From an uncultured Candidatus Saccharibacteria bacterium (GTDB lineage: Bacteria; Patescibacteriota; Dojkabacteria; J137): DNA of 64,000 nt. Shown piece by piece: positions 8,909-19,002 of this stretch. Position numbers and translations under genes: made by a program. The stretch's first letter is position 1; every line of letters starts with the position of its first letter. The notes below the pieces were generated by a model, which was given only the letters and a program-made list of their open reading frames with translations, did not search any database and was not told where the DNA came from. The stretch covers positions 711,228-775,227 of the forward strand of contig OZ246402.1 in the NCBI GenBank assembly GCA_965230975.1, given 5' to 3'.

Positions 8909-10954
8909 ATGGACTTAAAATTATCTTACAAATGGGTTAAAGAATACGTTAAAACTGAACTTTCTGCAGAAGATTTTGCTAGAAAGTTATCTTTACATGG
9001 TCCATCAATTGAGAGATGGCATAAAAATGATGCAATGGATGATTTTGTTTTAGATATTGAAGTTACAACAAATAGAATAGATTCTGCATCTGTAATTGGT
9101 ATTGCAAGAGAAGCAAGCGCTATTTTAAATACCGATTTTTTATGGACAAAACCTAACCCAGATTTAACTGTCAATAAATCTTTCCCATTAAAAGCTAGTA
9201 TTGAAGACCATGCTCGTTGTCCTAGATTTCAAGCTATTGTTATTCATAATGTAACAATTAAAGAATCTCCTGAATGGTTAAAACAAAGATTAGAAGCTAG
9301 CGGAATTAACTCAATTAACAATGTTGTAGATATAACAAACTACGTTCTACTTGAATACGGGCAACCAATGCATGCTTTTGATTATTCAAAAGTAGAGGGT
9401 TCTGAAATAAAAGTAAGACTTGCAAAACAAGGTGAGAAAATAACAACACTAGTAAGTACTCAAGAAGTAGAATTAACATCAGATGACTTGGTTATAGCAG
9501 ATGCAACTTCACCACTTTCTATTGCTGGTGTTGTTGGTGGCTCAAAATCTGGAATAAAATCAGAAACTAAAACTATAATCCTAGAAGCAGCTAATTTTAA
9601 TGCAATAAAAACAAGAAAAACTGCAAGAAGACACAACACATTAACAGATGCTTCATCACTTTTTGAGAAAGACTTGCCGGCAGAACAAACTGAAATTGCA
9701 ATTTTAAGAGCGATAGAACTTGTAAAAGAACTTGCAGGTGGTGAAGTTGCATCTGAGTTACTAGATGTAAAAGCAGATTTACCACAGCCTAAATTTATAA
9801 AATATCCATATTCTTTAACAAAAAGAATCTTAGGATTGGAAATTACAAAAGAAGAAATTATTAATAATTTAACAAGACTTGGGTTTGAGTGCGAAGATAG
9901 TGGTGAATACTTGAATGTTAAAGTGCCTTACTACAGATCAAAAGATGTTCAACTTGATTATGACTTAACCGAAGAGATAGCAAGAATTTATGGTTATCAT
10001 AAAATCCCAAGTGTACTACCAGTAGGACAAATTCCGCAAGTCAACACACCTAGCATTATTACTAACGAAGATAAGGTAAGAGAGTTTTTAGCAGCAAATG
10101 GATTTACAGAATTATTTAGTTATTCGTTAATATCTGATAGGTATTTAAAGGTTTCTAGTATTAACCCAGAAAGTGCATTCGAAATTTCAAATCCACTTAA
10201 CGAAGACTTTAAGTATTTAAGAACAGATATGGCTTCTACAATGCTAATTACAGCAGAATCTAACGAAGCTTTGAAAGATAACTTAAAGCTATTTGAAATT
10301 TCAAATGTTTATTTAAAGAAAGATCCAAAAGATTTGCCTTTAGAGGAGAGTCATTTGTCAATTCTTGTTAATGGGACAAACTATAAACACTCTTTTTACG
10401 AGCTAAAAGGAATTTTTGAATTAGTATTGAAATCTTTTGGTATAGATACAGATGCTATTGAATATAAAAACGAGAAAGTTATTGAGCCTTTTTTTACAGG
10501 CAAATCTGCAAATATATATTTAAATAATGATTTGCTTGGAACATTAGGGTTGGTTTCTAGAAATGCCAAATCAATCTTAGGTTTAAAAAAAGAGACTGCC
10601 TTACTTGAAGTGAATTTTGTTAAACTTAGCCAAATTATAGACACTACTGTTAAATCTTATTCTCCAATTCCAAAATATCCAGCTGTAACAAGAGACTTGG
10701 CTTTTGTACTGAACAAATCAATTCAGTGGAAAGAGATTCAAGATTTAGTTAAAGAATCTGCAGGGGATCTATTAAAATCTATAGAGCTGTTTGATATGTT
10801 CGAAGATAAAAAACTTGGTGAAGATAAAAAGAGTATCGCTTTTCATGTAACCTTACAATCACTAGATAGAACTTTAGTAGAAGAAGAGGTAAGTAGAACT
10901 ATAAACGAAATCTCAAATCAGATAGTATCTAAATTTAATGCTATAGTTAGATAA
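8909..10954 (+). CDS. pheT: Phenylalanine--tRNA ligase beta subunit (short form, 681 aa)
   Basis: Sits directly downstream of pheS. B3/4, B5 and C-terminal FDX-ACB-like regions are present. The N-terminal tRNA-binding OB domain seems to be missing. Confidence 0.85.
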   Translation: MDLKLSYKWVKEYVKTELSAEDFARKLSLHGPSIERWHKNDAMDDFVLDIEVTTNRIDSASVIGIAREASAILNTDFLWTKPNPDLTVNKSFPLKASIEDHARCPRFQAIVIHNVTIKESPEWLKQRLEASGINSINNVVDITNYVLLEYGQPMHAFDYSKVEGSEIKVRLAKQGEKITTLVSTQEVELTSDDLVIADATSPLSIAGVVGGSKSGIKSETKTIILEAANFNAIKTRKTARRHNTLTDASSLFEKDLPAEQTEIAILRAIELVKELAGGEVASELLDVKADLPQPKFIKYPYSLTKRILGLEITKEEIINNLTRLGFECEDSGEYLNVKVPYYRSKDVQLDYDLTEEIARIYGYHKIPSVLPVGQIPQVNTPSIITNEDKVREFLAANGFTELFSYSLISDRYLKVSSINPESAFEISNPLNEDFKYLRTDMASTMLITAESNEALKDNLKLFEISNVYLKKDPKDLPLEESHLSILVNGTNYKHSFYELKGIFELVLKSFGIDTDAIEYKNEKVIEPFFTGKSANIYLNNDLLGTLGLVSRNAKSILGLKKETALLEVNFVKLSQIIDTTVKSYSPIPKYPAVTRDLAFVLNKSIQWKEIQDLVKESAGDLLKSIELFDMFEDKKLGEDKKSIAFHVTLQSLDRTLVEEEVSRTINEISNQIVSKFNAIVR

Positions 10955-11556
10955 TGAAGTATATCAAGCTACTTCAATTAGTTTCATTGTTAGTAGCTGT
11001 ACTTGGGTTTTGCCTTTCCTATTTAGTTACCTCTCAAAATTGGATTGATCAACCAATCATTTTTGCATTAAGTAATTTTCTAAGTTACTTTACTGTTCAG
11101 AGTAACATTCTTGCAATCGCATCACTTATAATTATGCTTACAAATTCAAAATCTAAGCTTTGGAGGTTAATTAAGTTTGGAACTGCCGTGAATATTACGA
11201 TTACGTTAATAACGTACTGGCTTTTCTTGTCCTATTCGGTACCATATTTTGGACTGGCACAAGTTACAAATTTGTTAATTCACTTAATAATACCCTTTTT
11301 ATATATTGCAAACTGGCTTTTATATTCCCCTAAACACATAGATTATAAAGATGCGTTTATATGGATGATTTACCCGTTATCTTACTATTTGATATTTTGT
11401 TTGATAAAAGGTTTGGCTACAAATTGGTACCCATACTATTTTGTTGATTTGAATCAATTTACATTTATTCAAACATTGCCATATGTAATAACTGTCGCAG
11501 CTTTCTTCCTTTGTATCTCATTAATTTTTGTAAAGATTGGCAAGTTAAGAACCTAA
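10954..11556 (+). CDS. Hypothetical integral membrane protein
   Basis: 200 aa with 5-6 TM helices. Its ATG overlaps the pheT stop (TAATG). Confidence 0.45.
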   Translation: MKYIKLLQLVSLLVAVLGFCLSYLVTSQNWIDQPIIFALSNFLSYFTVQSNILAIASLIIMLTNSKSKLWRLIKFGTAVNITITLITYWLFLSYSVPYFGLAQVTNLLIHLIIPFLYIANWLLYSPKHIDYKDAFIWMIYPLSYYLIFCLIKGLATNWYPYYFVDLNQFTFIQTLPYVITVAAFFLCISLIFVKIGKLRT

Positions 11557-11732
11557 AATTTGCTTGCATACACTTTTGATAATGCTAATATACATAGCAT
11601 AGTTAACCTTATCCTATGTTACTAAATATTGCTACGCAGAATATTGAAGATGATGTTGTTGGTGTTATGACTAGAATCGCAACAGAAATTCAAAATAAGT
11701 TTAAGGCTTTAGAGAGAGTATAATAATTTTCG

Positions 11733-12365
11733 TTAAAGATTATTAATGCTTTCGTAAGACAATTTAAAACCATAGGTTGTATAAAACAATTTATCAAAAC
11801 TTTCTGACGATTTATTCTCGGGTAAACCTTTTATTAACATTAATAACTTTTCTTTCCCAAAAGTCTTAACAAGTTTTTCTACAACAAATCCCGATTCTTG
11901 ATAAACAGAACCGTCGATAGTTGGCTCAAAATGATTTAGAAAATCAGTAAATATCTCAGGTTTGTTTTTAAGATTGAGTTGTTCAGAAAGATATACTGCA
12001 CATCCTTCCCATAACCAGTCGGGTTTACTATTATATTTAGATAATATTTGGTAAAAGCAGTGACTAAGTTCGTGTTTTATAAGCTTTTTATATCTTTCTT
12101 CGAGTTGGTCAGTACCCATCATTTTTGCGTAGAGATCTTTGTTAACAACATAAACATTGCCGTTACCAACCCAACCAGTAGCTCCTGGATATCTAAATAA
12201 TTCTTTGTCTGAATTTACAACAGATAAATCAGTTTCTTCTATTACAATTACTTTTGGTTTATTGTAAATCCAGTTTAATTCGTAAAATTCATCTAACTGT
12301 TGGAAAGTACTTATCACAAAAGTCTCTAGCTCAGAATTCTTGTTTATAGTTAATGAATACACCAT
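11733..12365 (-). CDS. Putative gluzincin-type Zn metallopeptidase (HExxH)
   Basis: HELSH motif, with a candidate third ligand Glu in WLWEGCAVY 20 residues downstream. Confidence 0.4.
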   Translation of the reverse strand: MVYSLTINKNSELETFVISTFQQLDEFYELNWIYNKPKVIVIEETDLSVVNSDKELFRYPGATGWVGNGNVYVVNKDLYAKMMGTDQLEERYKKLIKHELSHCFYQILSKYNSKPDWLWEGCAVYLSEQLNLKNKPEIFTDFLNHFEPTIDGSVYQESGFVVEKLVKTFGKEKLLMLIKGLPENKSSESFDKLFYTTYGFKLSYESINNL

Positions 12366-12381
12366 AATAAAATTCTAATTT

Positions 12382-12804
12382 CTATGATTCTGAATTCGCA
12401 TCTTCAAATAAATGAGGGTATATTGCTCTAACAACATCGTCTGAAGGAACATCTTTGTTGAAATCCTCTTGTGCTATATTTAATGCTGATGTTAAAGCTC
12501 TATTATAAGCTTCGCCTCTTTTGACACTTCCAATAGAAGAGCTAATTTTATTTAATATAATTGGAATAGTCATGCCATCTCTGTTTCTATAGTATTTATG
12601 CTGTATTCTCATTGCTATTAATTCTTTTTGTGAATCAGTTAATCCAAACCAAATAGAGTTGGCATTGTCTATAGAATTAACAAATGTTTGGTTTGCTTCT
12701 AATGTTTCATCTAGACATCCAAATAGAAATATTAACAAACTAATAGTATCTGGCCCTACATTTCTTATTTTAGCTAGTTCTTTGTTAAATCTTGGAGTTG
12801 TCAT
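12382..12804 (-). CDS. Hypothetical protein
   Basis: The start was trimmed to MTTPRF so the ORF does not run through the tRNA-Gly gene. Co-oriented with the HExxH gene, 16 bp apart. Confidence 0.4.
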   Translation of the reverse strand: MTTPRFNKELAKIRNVGPDTISLLIFLFGCLDETLEANQTFVNSIDNANSIWFGLTDSQKELIAMRIQHKYYRNRDGMTIPIILNKISSSIGSVKRGEAYNRALTSALNIAQEDFNKDVPSDDVVRAIYPHLFEDANSES

Positions 12805-12821
12805 AATGTTTTTAATAAAAA

Positions 12822-12892
12822 AGCGGTATACGAGGCTCGAACTCGTGCCACGTCCTTGGGAAGGACGCATACTACCACTGTACTAATACCGC
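12822..12892 (-). tRNA. tRNA-Gly (anticodon CCC)
   Basis: Minus-strand read GCGGTAT-TA-GTAC...GTAT-G-CGTCC-TTCCCAA-GGACG-TGGC-ACGAG-TTCGAGC-CTCGT-ATACCGC-T. Discriminator is U73. Confidence 0.85.
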
Positions 12893-13037
12893 TTATGTTA
12901 ATGTACATTATAATCCTATTTGTATAAATTCAAAAGACTCTTAATTCTTAATGTTAGATTTCCCTATTAGGAAAATATTGTGCTTTACTGTCTATGCTAA
13001 GATGATATAATCTGGCGACATATATTACTAGTAGCAA

Positions 13038-13391
13038 ATGATAAATAAACCATTTGACGAAGATTTATTAACTGATCTAATGGAAAAGTTTACACCTAAC
13101 AAGAGGTTAAATTTCATTAACGAGATTTATGTTTTTTTAAGTGACATCTTTGAACAACCAAATTATTCAATTGAGCAATTCGACAAACTATTACAAAATC
13201 TACGGATATTCGAATATTTAATAACTGCTGATAAACTTCAAATTACAGAAGATGAAAATAAGATGTTTTTAAGCCTTAAGGAAATTATAGGAAATATTTT
13301 AATGATGGATGAGTATAAACATTCCAACTTACTTGAACTTATTAAAATGAATACAGTTTTTAATGAATTGATGAAGAACTTTAAAGGTTAG
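13038..13391 (+). CDS. Hypothetical protein
   Basis: 117-aa ORF with no recognisable motif. Confidence 0.4.
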   Translation: MINKPFDEDLLTDLMEKFTPNKRLNFINEIYVFLSDIFEQPNYSIEQFDKLLQNLRIFEYLITADKLQITEDENKMFLSLKEIIGNILMMDEYKHSNLLELIKMNTVFNELMKNFKG

Positions 13392-13394
13392 CAA

Positions 13395-13529
13395 TGCGTA
13401 AGGCAGCATTCTTAAAAACTCTCTATAAAGAGAATTTGCAGACTAGGAACATTACCCCACGGGATAAAGACTTCGTCCGACCAAAAGTTTTTATTTGTTG
13501 GAGTTTTAAACGAACACTAACCTTACGCA
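13395..13529. ncRNA. Candidate structured RNA element (6S-like or 3'-UTR structure), unclassified
   Basis: A 9-bp terminal closing helix TGCGTAAGG (13395-13403) pairs with CCTTACGCA (13521-13529). An internal perfect hairpin TCTCTataaAGAGA is present. No ORF. Confidence 0.25.
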
Positions 13530-13726
13530 AATATATTATACCTTTAAATTAAGCCTTTTTTAAAGTCAAAACCCATTTTTAGTAATTTATTTGCTCAGGC
13601 ATCTTCCAAAATATTGAAATCCAAACCAATAAGTTTAAAAAAATATTACTGCAATAGTTTATTGTTGATACAAACTTACTAAGGTTTTATACTAGGTTTT
13701 AATAATTTATTAAACAGACTTTACAC

Positions 13727-14245
13727 ATGGTTCATCCAATAGTTTTAGTTATACTACTTTGCCAATTACTTCTAATTTCTTTTGCAATTTATCTTATATT
13801 TAGCTTTATTAATAAAACGCCATTCTATCCATCTTCAATAAAGCAGCTAAATCTGTTAAAAGAGTCTCGATTATTAGATTTTAATAGGTATAAAACATTT
13901 ATAGACATTGGGAGTGGTGATGGAAGAATTGTAAGATGGGCTAGCAAAATTGGATTTAAAGACGCTCATGGCATAGAGTACAACCCATACCTGTCTTTAT
14001 ATAGTAAGGTAAGATCTCCTTTTGCCAAAGGTATTACAATTCATAATAAACGATTTGAGAATCATGATTTTTCTAAATACGATGTTGCTTATCTATATAT
14101 ATTCCCGGAGCACATGGAAAATATAAAAGAGAAGTTATTTACACAAATGAAGCCAGGTAGTGTGATTATATCTAATACGTTTAAATTTAAAGATATTGCA
14201 CCATCGGATACATTTGAGAAGCTTTATTTGTACTTTGTCAGCTAA
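13727..14245 (+). CDS. Class I SAM-dependent methyltransferase with N-terminal TM anchor
   Basis: SAM-binding motif I FIDIGSGDGRIV. Confidence 0.5.
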   Translation: MVHPIVLVILLCQLLLISFAIYLIFSFINKTPFYPSSIKQLNLLKESRLLDFNRYKTFIDIGSGDGRIVRWASKIGFKDAHGIEYNPYLSLYSKVRSPFAKGITIHNKRFENHDFSKYDVAYLYIFPEHMENIKEKLFTQMKPGSVIISNTFKFKDIAPSDTFEKLYLYFVS

Positions 14246-15590
14246 TAAGTAAAGGAATAATTCCAACAATCATAGATAAGATCATACCCACTGTAATATA
14301 TATAGCAAATCTTTTATTGCCAGCTACAAATGCATAAGTTGACTTACCTAAAGTATTTACAAATATAGTAAGAATCACAGAAATCATTGCTAGCTCTATT
14401 GAGATTTGTTTATTTGCAAAAAGTCCGGAGAATGCTACAGATGGAGCATCTATTCCTGCAAAACCACTTAAAGAAGTTATTAAAATTAACAAAACCGAAC
14501 TAACTTCAAAGGAACTTAAAACTTGAACCATCACTCTCACAATAAGTATAAATGCTACAAACTTAATAGCTGGGAAAACTGAAAATGGCTCGTATTTAAG
14601 TTCAATTCCACTAGTCTTATTTACTCTATTAGTTGCAAAATAAAATATTAAACCAATTAAAATTCCAGAAATGAACATTACTATAAAGAAAGGAGTGAGT
14701 TTGAATAATAACGTTGTACTGTTAATAAAAATTAAGATCCCAACCGTTACTAAGCTAAAAGTATTTGATAGTACAGCTATACCTGCAAGCAAAAGTTGCA
14801 TTTTTTTGTCGTGATTATTTTTAGATCTTAAAGTTAGTGCAGCAATAGCAGATGTAGATGATATAAACCCTCCAAGAATACCGGATAGTATTAAACTTGC
14901 TTTGGACCCAATAAACTTACTTAAAATATAAGTTATTAAAGATATTCCAGAAATAATCACAACTGTTAGCCAAATTTGAAAAGGGTTGAAAAGTTGTTCA
15001 ATTACAAAACTTAAATTGCTAGTAAATGTTGGTACTGCAATCCTAACAATATCTTGTAAAGAAAAATTTGAATTTGGTAATAGTGGCAATATTACTATTG
15101 CTACTAAACCAAACTTTACCACATCTATAACCTCTTTATGATTTATTTTGGCTATGAAAGCACCTAAACCTCGTTTTTGAGATAGAAAAAAAGTAAGCAA
15201 AACAAGCACAACTAAAATTACCGGAACCCCGACAATAGCGGTGGTAGTCAAAAACCCAATAATAAATGTTATTAAAACAGCAATTTCAGTAGTTATACCA
15301 AAAGCTCTTTTAAGTTGTACATTTAAAACATATGCAACTAAAACAAATAAAATTATTGCTCCAAAAAGAATATAGGAAAGAATAAACGAACCTTGGTTAT
15401 ATAATATTCCGGATATACCACCCAGTAATGAGATTACCGTATATGTTCTTAGCCCTCCTATTTTGGTTTTTTCAGACTTTAAAGCTAATTTAAAACCTTT
15501 TGACTCTACTTCTCTGGTTTCTGTTTCTAGACCGAGAATTGCGCCAAATACAATGGTAAGCAATAATCTTAATATAATAATATTTTCCAT
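14238..15590 (-). CDS. MgtC/SapB family membrane protein with C-terminal DUF4010-like polytopic domain
   Basis: N-terminus LRLLLTIVFGAILGLETE...GGLRTYTVISLLGG matches the MgtC signature. The rest is about 10 TM helices. Confidence 0.55.
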   Translation of the reverse strand: MENIIILRLLLTIVFGAILGLETETREVESKGFKLALKSEKTKIGGLRTYTVISLLGGISGILYNQGSFILSYILFGAIILFVLVAYVLNVQLKRAFGITTEIAVLITFIIGFLTTTAIVGVPVILVVLVLLTFFLSQKRGLGAFIAKINHKEVIDVVKFGLVAIVILPLLPNSNFSLQDIVRIAVPTFTSNLSFVIEQLFNPFQIWLTVVIISGISLITYILSKFIGSKASLILSGILGGFISSTSAIAALTLRSKNNHDKKMQLLLAGIAVLSNTFSLVTVGILIFINSTTLLFKLTPFFIVMFISGILIGLIFYFATNRVNKTSGIELKYEPFSVFPAIKFVAFILIVRVMVQVLSSFEVSSVLLILITSLSGFAGIDAPSVAFSGLFANKQISIELAMISVILTIFVNTLGKSTYAFVAGNKRFAIYITVGMILSMIVGIIPLLIS

Positions 15591-15714
15591 AGATTAATTT
15601 AATTACGTATTAATAATACGTGTTTCTTGTTTCAATTTGTAGCCAAAAAAAGTTTTTTTCGAAAATGTTAATTGATATACTAGTTTAATATTTTTAGCTT
15701 TCTTTTAAAATATA

Positions 15715-16284
15715 ATGAATCAAATTGAAGAGCTGACTAGAAAAATCCAAAGGGATCTTTATTCAAAAAATAATCCAGGTAGTGTGATTTTAAGTTTGAG
15801 AGAGAAATGGTTAGAAATCTTCACTCAAAGCTATAATGTAAATATAGATGCTTTAATGCTTGGATTTATGTTGGCAGACTTTAAATTACAAGAGTCGATA
15901 GACTTAAGAAAACAAACTGACCATATTCGTATGGCTTTGGATTACGCTAATCAAGCATTTGAAAGATACTCTGAAATCCCAAAAGATTTGCAAGAAATAG
16001 TTATTGAGATAATTGCAACCCATCATGGAGGGTCTCAAAACTATACAGAATCTAAACTTTTTAAAAACGCAGTTGCAATGTCAATGTTAGAACCAAAAGG
16101 TTGGATTCATCAATTCTCTCTTATATACGATGGTAAGGATGATGACTCATTTCAATTTGCTATTAAAAAGATTGATGAAAAATTTGAAGAGATGTTTTTA
16201 TTGGTTGATTTAGATGAAAATACAATTAATGAAGCAAATTTACTTAAAGAAAAGTATGCCTGGTTCAGAAAAAGATTACTATAA
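15715..16284 (+). CDS. Hypothetical protein
   Basis: 189-aa ORF. No motif beyond an isolated HHGG. Confidence 0.4.
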   Translation: MNQIEELTRKIQRDLYSKNNPGSVILSLREKWLEIFTQSYNVNIDALMLGFMLADFKLQESIDLRKQTDHIRMALDYANQAFERYSEIPKDLQEIVIEIIATHHGGSQNYTESKLFKNAVAMSMLEPKGWIHQFSLIYDGKDDDSFQFAIKKIDEKFEEMFLLVDLDENTINEANLLKEKYAWFRKRLL

Positions 16285-16540
16285 ACTTCAACATATTAAA
16301 GTTCCAAGAAATATAAAGCGTTTACTATGGCCATTTAGAATATTTGTAGGCTTTGCATTAATTGTTTTTGGAATTATTGGAATAATTTTACCTGGGCTTC
16401 CAGGGTGGACTCCTTTAATTCTTGGTGTAATGATAATATCGCCTAAACATGGTAAATCACTTGCAAGTTGGGTTTATGGTATATATAAAAAGTATATAGT
16501 AAAATTCCTCAAATATATTTCAAATTTATGGAAAAAATAA
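16256..16540 (+). CDS. Small two-TM membrane protein (PGPGW/YbaN-like)
   Basis: ILPGLPGWTPLILG motif inside a hydrophobic hairpin. The start was chosen at the internal Met to limit overlap with the upstream gene. Confidence 0.4.
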   Translation: MPGSEKDYYKLQHIKVPRNIKRLLWPFRIFVGFALIVFGIIGIILPGLPGWTPLILGVMIISPKHGKSLASWVYGIYKKYIVKFLKYISNLWKK

Positions 16541-17421
16541 TTATTGTTGGAGGACCTACTGGTTCTGGCAAAACAAAATTTGCAATTAAATTGGCAAAAG
16601 ATATTAATGGTGAGCTTATTAATGCAGACTCTAGACAGATTTATAAATATTTAAATATTGGAACAAATAAAGGAGTTCTGTCGGGGGATTCAAAAAAATA
16701 TATTGATGGTATTCCTATTCATTTGATAGATTTTTTGAAACCGGATGTTAGGTTTAATGTGTTTGAGTGGAGAAGTTTAGCTATTAATTGCATTAAAGAT
16801 ATTCAAAGTAAGGGTAAACAGGCAATAGTTGTTGGTGGTACCGGTTTGTATATTGATTCATTAATAAAAGAATATGATTTCGAATCCAAATTTCAAATTT
16901 CTGATGATCAAAGAAAACCACTTACAAGTTTCGATAATTCTAACCTTTTGAAAGTTCAAGAGCATTTTAAAACTCAATTAACTCAAGTTTGGGATTCTTT
17001 GAATTATAGTGATCAAAATAATTTAAGAAGATTACAAAGACTAATTACAAAATTATCTACATCTGAGAAACCTGTAACTAATATATTGCCAAGTTTTAAA
17101 GACTACACTTTTTACTATCCTAAATATAATTGGGATAATCTTAAGATGATTATAGAGAATAGAGTAGACGAGATGTTTAAAGAAGGCTTAGTAGAGGAGA
17201 CCAGAAATGTTTTAGCAATGGGTTATGATAAATACTGTGTTGGTCTACAAGTTATGGGTTATAAAGAAGTAATCAGGTTCTTAGATGGCGAAATTAACCT
17301 TGAAAAATGTATAGAACTTGTAAAGTATTCTCATAAACAATACGCAAGAAGGCAAAGAACTTGGTTTGAAGGTGAAAAAAGAGGATATAGATTCAATTAT
17401 TTTAAACCTATATCCTCCTAG
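16528..17421 (+). CDS. miaA: tRNA dimethylallyltransferase
   Basis: P-loop IIIVGGPTGSGKT followed by NADSRQIY. Confidence 0.85.
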   Translation: MEKIIIVGGPTGSGKTKFAIKLAKDINGELINADSRQIYKYLNIGTNKGVLSGDSKKYIDGIPIHLIDFLKPDVRFNVFEWRSLAINCIKDIQSKGKQAIVVGGTGLYIDSLIKEYDFESKFQISDDQRKPLTSFDNSNLLKVQEHFKTQLTQVWDSLNYSDQNNLRRLQRLITKLSTSEKPVTNILPSFKDYTFYYPKYNWDNLKMIIENRVDEMFKEGLVEETRNVLAMGYDKYCVGLQVMGYKEVIRFLDGEINLEKCIELVKYSHKQYARRQRTWFEGEKRGYRFNYFKPISS

Positions 17422-17443
17422 TTACTTATTCATGACCTGTTAG

Positions 17444-18970
17444 CTACTTAATCTCCTCCCCATAAATCTGAACAGTAAGTGGGTCAAGCTCTGATTTCAA
17501 TTGAGGGAAAGGAACCCCTTCTCTTGCTGTTACATCTTCTAAAAACCAGAAAACTCTTTCTGAATGTCCATAGCCAAATGTTGGTGGCATGCCGTATTCC
17601 AACATTTCAACAAAATCAATATCTAACCATTGAGCTTCTGCATCACCTGAGTCTCTCAATCTTTGTTGCTCAACAAATCTATTGTATTGATCTACTGCAT
17701 CATTAACCTCACTCCAACCATTTCCTAGCTCTGTACCTGCAATAATTGGTTGAAATCTTTCAACCATGTCTGGGTTTTCTAGGCTAGGTTTTTGCAATGG
17801 AGATAAGTATTTTGGATGATTTACTAAGAATGCTGGTCCTCCAATATTTTTTCTTAATCTTTTCCAAAGTGCATCTACACCACGGGCCACATTAACACTT
17901 CTATCAAATTCAATATTATGTTTTTCTAGTAATAGTTTTACCTCATCTAAATTAATTGTGTAAATATCGTTTACACCATATTTTTCTTTAAAAATTTCGT
18001 TAAAGTCAATAATCTCCCAATCTTTAGAGAAATCTACATTAAAGCCTCTGATAGTAAATTGCATTTTGCCACCATAGACTTTTTCTAGAATGTATCTAAA
18101 CATCTCTTGAATAAATTGCATACCATCTTTCCAATCTGCATAAGCCCAATAAAATTCCATTGCTACATGTTCTGGCAAGTGTTCGTCAGATAAACCTTCG
18201 TTTCTAAACCTTGCACCAATATCATAAACTTTATCAAAACCGGCACCTATCAATCTTTTTAAAGGTAATTCATGAGATATTCTTAAAAAGAAATCTTGAT
18301 CAAGTGCGTTCATGTGTGTTGTAAATGGAACTGCATCTCCACCTCCTGGTACGTGCTCTAAAACAGGAATGTTAACCTCGTAAAATCCTTTTGAGTTAAA
18401 AAAGTCTCTATGAGCTTGCCAAAACAATGCTCTTCTTTTCATTCTCTCTTTTACTTCTGGATTCACTGCCATGTCTACATACCTTCTTCTAAATCTCTCT
18501 TCTTTGTCTGTTAGTTCTGTAGGTAGTGGTCTAATTACTTTTGTTAGCATTCTAACGTTTTTTGCTAATACTGATATTTCGCCCCTTTGAGTTTTTGTTA
18601 ACGTTCCATGAACTTCAATATAGTCTCCAATATCCATTAAATGGAACTCTTCAAATGTTAAAGATCTTCCACTTGCAAAATCTTTTGTTGCAATTTCATC
18701 TGATTTTACATAGATTTGTATTTTACCAGAGTCATCAAAAAGATCCATAAATACAAGTTGTCCGTGTCCTCTAAGTGATTTGATTCTACCTGCTACTACA
18801 ACCTCTTGATTTTCAAGATCTGAAAAGTTGTCTACTAATGCTTTATTAGTATGTGTTTTGTAAGATTTAGCAGGGTAGGGGTCTATTCCTAGTTTTCTAA
18901 GTTCTTCTACTTTTTTTAATCTTAATTGACGTTGACCAATAAGGTCAGAGGAGATATTTGTAGTTTGCAT
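17444..18970 (-). CDS. lysS: Lysine--tRNA ligase, class II
   Basis: N-terminal OB anticodon-binding domain, then class II motifs (FRNEG..., GxGxGxxRL-like). Confidence 0.9.
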   Translation of the reverse strand: MQTTNISSDLIGQRQLRLKKVEELRKLGIDPYPAKSYKTHTNKALVDNFSDLENQEVVVAGRIKSLRGHGQLVFMDLFDDSGKIQIYVKSDEIATKDFASGRSLTFEEFHLMDIGDYIEVHGTLTKTQRGEISVLAKNVRMLTKVIRPLPTELTDKEERFRRRYVDMAVNPEVKERMKRRALFWQAHRDFFNSKGFYEVNIPVLEHVPGGGDAVPFTTHMNALDQDFFLRISHELPLKRLIGAGFDKVYDIGARFRNEGLSDEHLPEHVAMEFYWAYADWKDGMQFIQEMFRYILEKVYGGKMQFTIRGFNVDFSKDWEIIDFNEIFKEKYGVNDIYTINLDEVKLLLEKHNIEFDRSVNVARGVDALWKRLRKNIGGPAFLVNHPKYLSPLQKPSLENPDMVERFQPIIAGTELGNGWSEVNDAVDQYNRFVEQQRLRDSGDAEAQWLDIDFVEMLEYGMPPTFGYGHSERVFWFLEDVTAREGVPFPQLKSELDPLTVQIYGEEIK

Positions 18971-19002
18971 ATTTTTAAGGTAATGAATTTATATAATTAT
19001 AC

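Noticed and set aside
12659-12886. Plus-strand ORF overlapping tRNA-Gly and the 5' end of 12382-12870
   Set aside because: It runs antisense through a real CDS and across a tRNA gene, so it is spurious. The long minus-strand ORF was likewise trimmed so it does not include the tRNA.
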